A DNA stretch of 64,000 nt from Paecilomyces variotii (lineage: Eukaryota). Both the position numbers and the translations under genes were made by a program. Under the pieces are notes generated by a model. That model saw nothing but the letters and a program-made list of their open reading frames with translations. It was not told the origin of the DNA and made no database searches. The stretch is from NCBI GenBank assembly GCA_004022145.1, contig RCNU01000001.1. One strand, given 5' to 3'. How positions within the stretch are numbered: the first letter of the stretch is position 1; every line of letters begins with the position of its first letter. Of this stretch, positions 63,138-64,000 are shown piece by piece.

Positions 63138-63645
63138 CATTGAAACATGTTGTAGCATCCTACTCTGGAGCAATATCAGAGATCCACCATGATTTCCACT
63201 CTAGGCAAGACAATGTCTATCTCCCAGAACTACTTAACTGGCGGGGAACTTCATCCGGCCGGTGATTTGTGATGTCATACTGTAGAAAGGGTGTACAGAA
63301 CAAGCCTGTTGACAATCTTGTCTGTGCACATCTTACATTTATGAACTGGATCTGGACTCTTGAAGCCTCATGTGGTGGTCTTTCTCTCTCCCTCGAGACA
63401 TCTGTCTTATAGCACGTGATCCTGTCACACTGTGGCCAGAGATTTCTTTGTTGGAAAATCTCTCAGTCGGGCGCAGTGATCAATCCATCTCAGAGCAGTG
63501 CTGTCTATCGACCTGGCCGCGATAGAGCCTGCAAAATGACAGACACATTTGTCCATCTTGTCTCGCCGGATCGATCGTGATTCTTAAGATACAAGCCACC
63601 ATCCCCCCGCCAAGTGCCTGAACCATCGTCTCGAACTCCGCAAAC

Positions 63646-64000
63646 ATGTCCCTGTGGCGGGATCCGCCGTGGGGCATTGGAAACTCCAGACAACACGCTC
63701 TATTTGGCGGATTAGCAAGTCCGGCCAACGCGAACCCTCTAGGGCCAGCAATGCCATGCGAAACGTCATCTGGGGGAGTCTCGTACGGGAGCCTGTCGGA
63801 TCCCCTGACCCTCTTGGATTCAACCACTACCTCGAGCACCACGACTCCCGCTCTGCACCTGCATATCAGCCACGAGACTATGCCCGGACATCTTGGTCAG
63901 AAGATCTTGAAGACCTTTGGTCTGGACGAACCGAAGCCGCGCGAGGCGACGCCTACTGGAGATGTGCCCGGCAGGGCAGACGTCCACCACCAGGACGAGC
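63646..64000 (+). CDS. Possible start of a gene running off the window
   Basis: GC-rich, with two plus-strand frames open to the end; no recognisable motif. Confidence 0.25.
   Translation, partial: MSLWRDPPWGIGNSRQHALFGGLASPANANPLGPAMPCETSSGGVSYGSLSDPLTLLDSTTTSSTTTPALHLHISHETMPGHLGQKILKTFGLDEPKPREATPTGDVPGRADVHHQDE

Overview
Fungal (Eurotiales-like, Aspergillus/Penicillium-type) genomic DNA with spliced genes. Bases 1-~17,450 are an extremely AT-rich, ORF-free block. It resolves into three nested, RIP-destroyed LTR retrotransposons: a Ty1/copia element (+), interrupted by a Ty3/gypsy chromovirus (-, 2117-15479, 371-bp LTRs), itself interrupted by a second gypsy chromovirus (+, 8021-13975, 255-bp LTRs, TATAT target-site duplication). 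The rest is gene-bearing: glycine decarboxylase P-protein, Prm10/ThrE-family membrane protein, sugar porter, a small accessory island (charged microprotein, 170-bp tandem duplication, F-box protein, restriction-endonuclease-fold protein), S28 peptidase, PL7 lyase, Cys-rich GPI-like protein, CYP52-clan P450, an apparently 5'-incomplete GH5 endoglycoceramidase-like gene and an internally duplicated EGHT-motif protein. Next come an MFS/Zn2Cys6/cupin trio beside a collapsed reducing-PKS pseudogene (a 'ghost' biosynthetic cluster), a permease relic, a second F-box gene and an aromatic amino-acid decarboxylase. All calls come from reading motifs by eye; no database searches were run.
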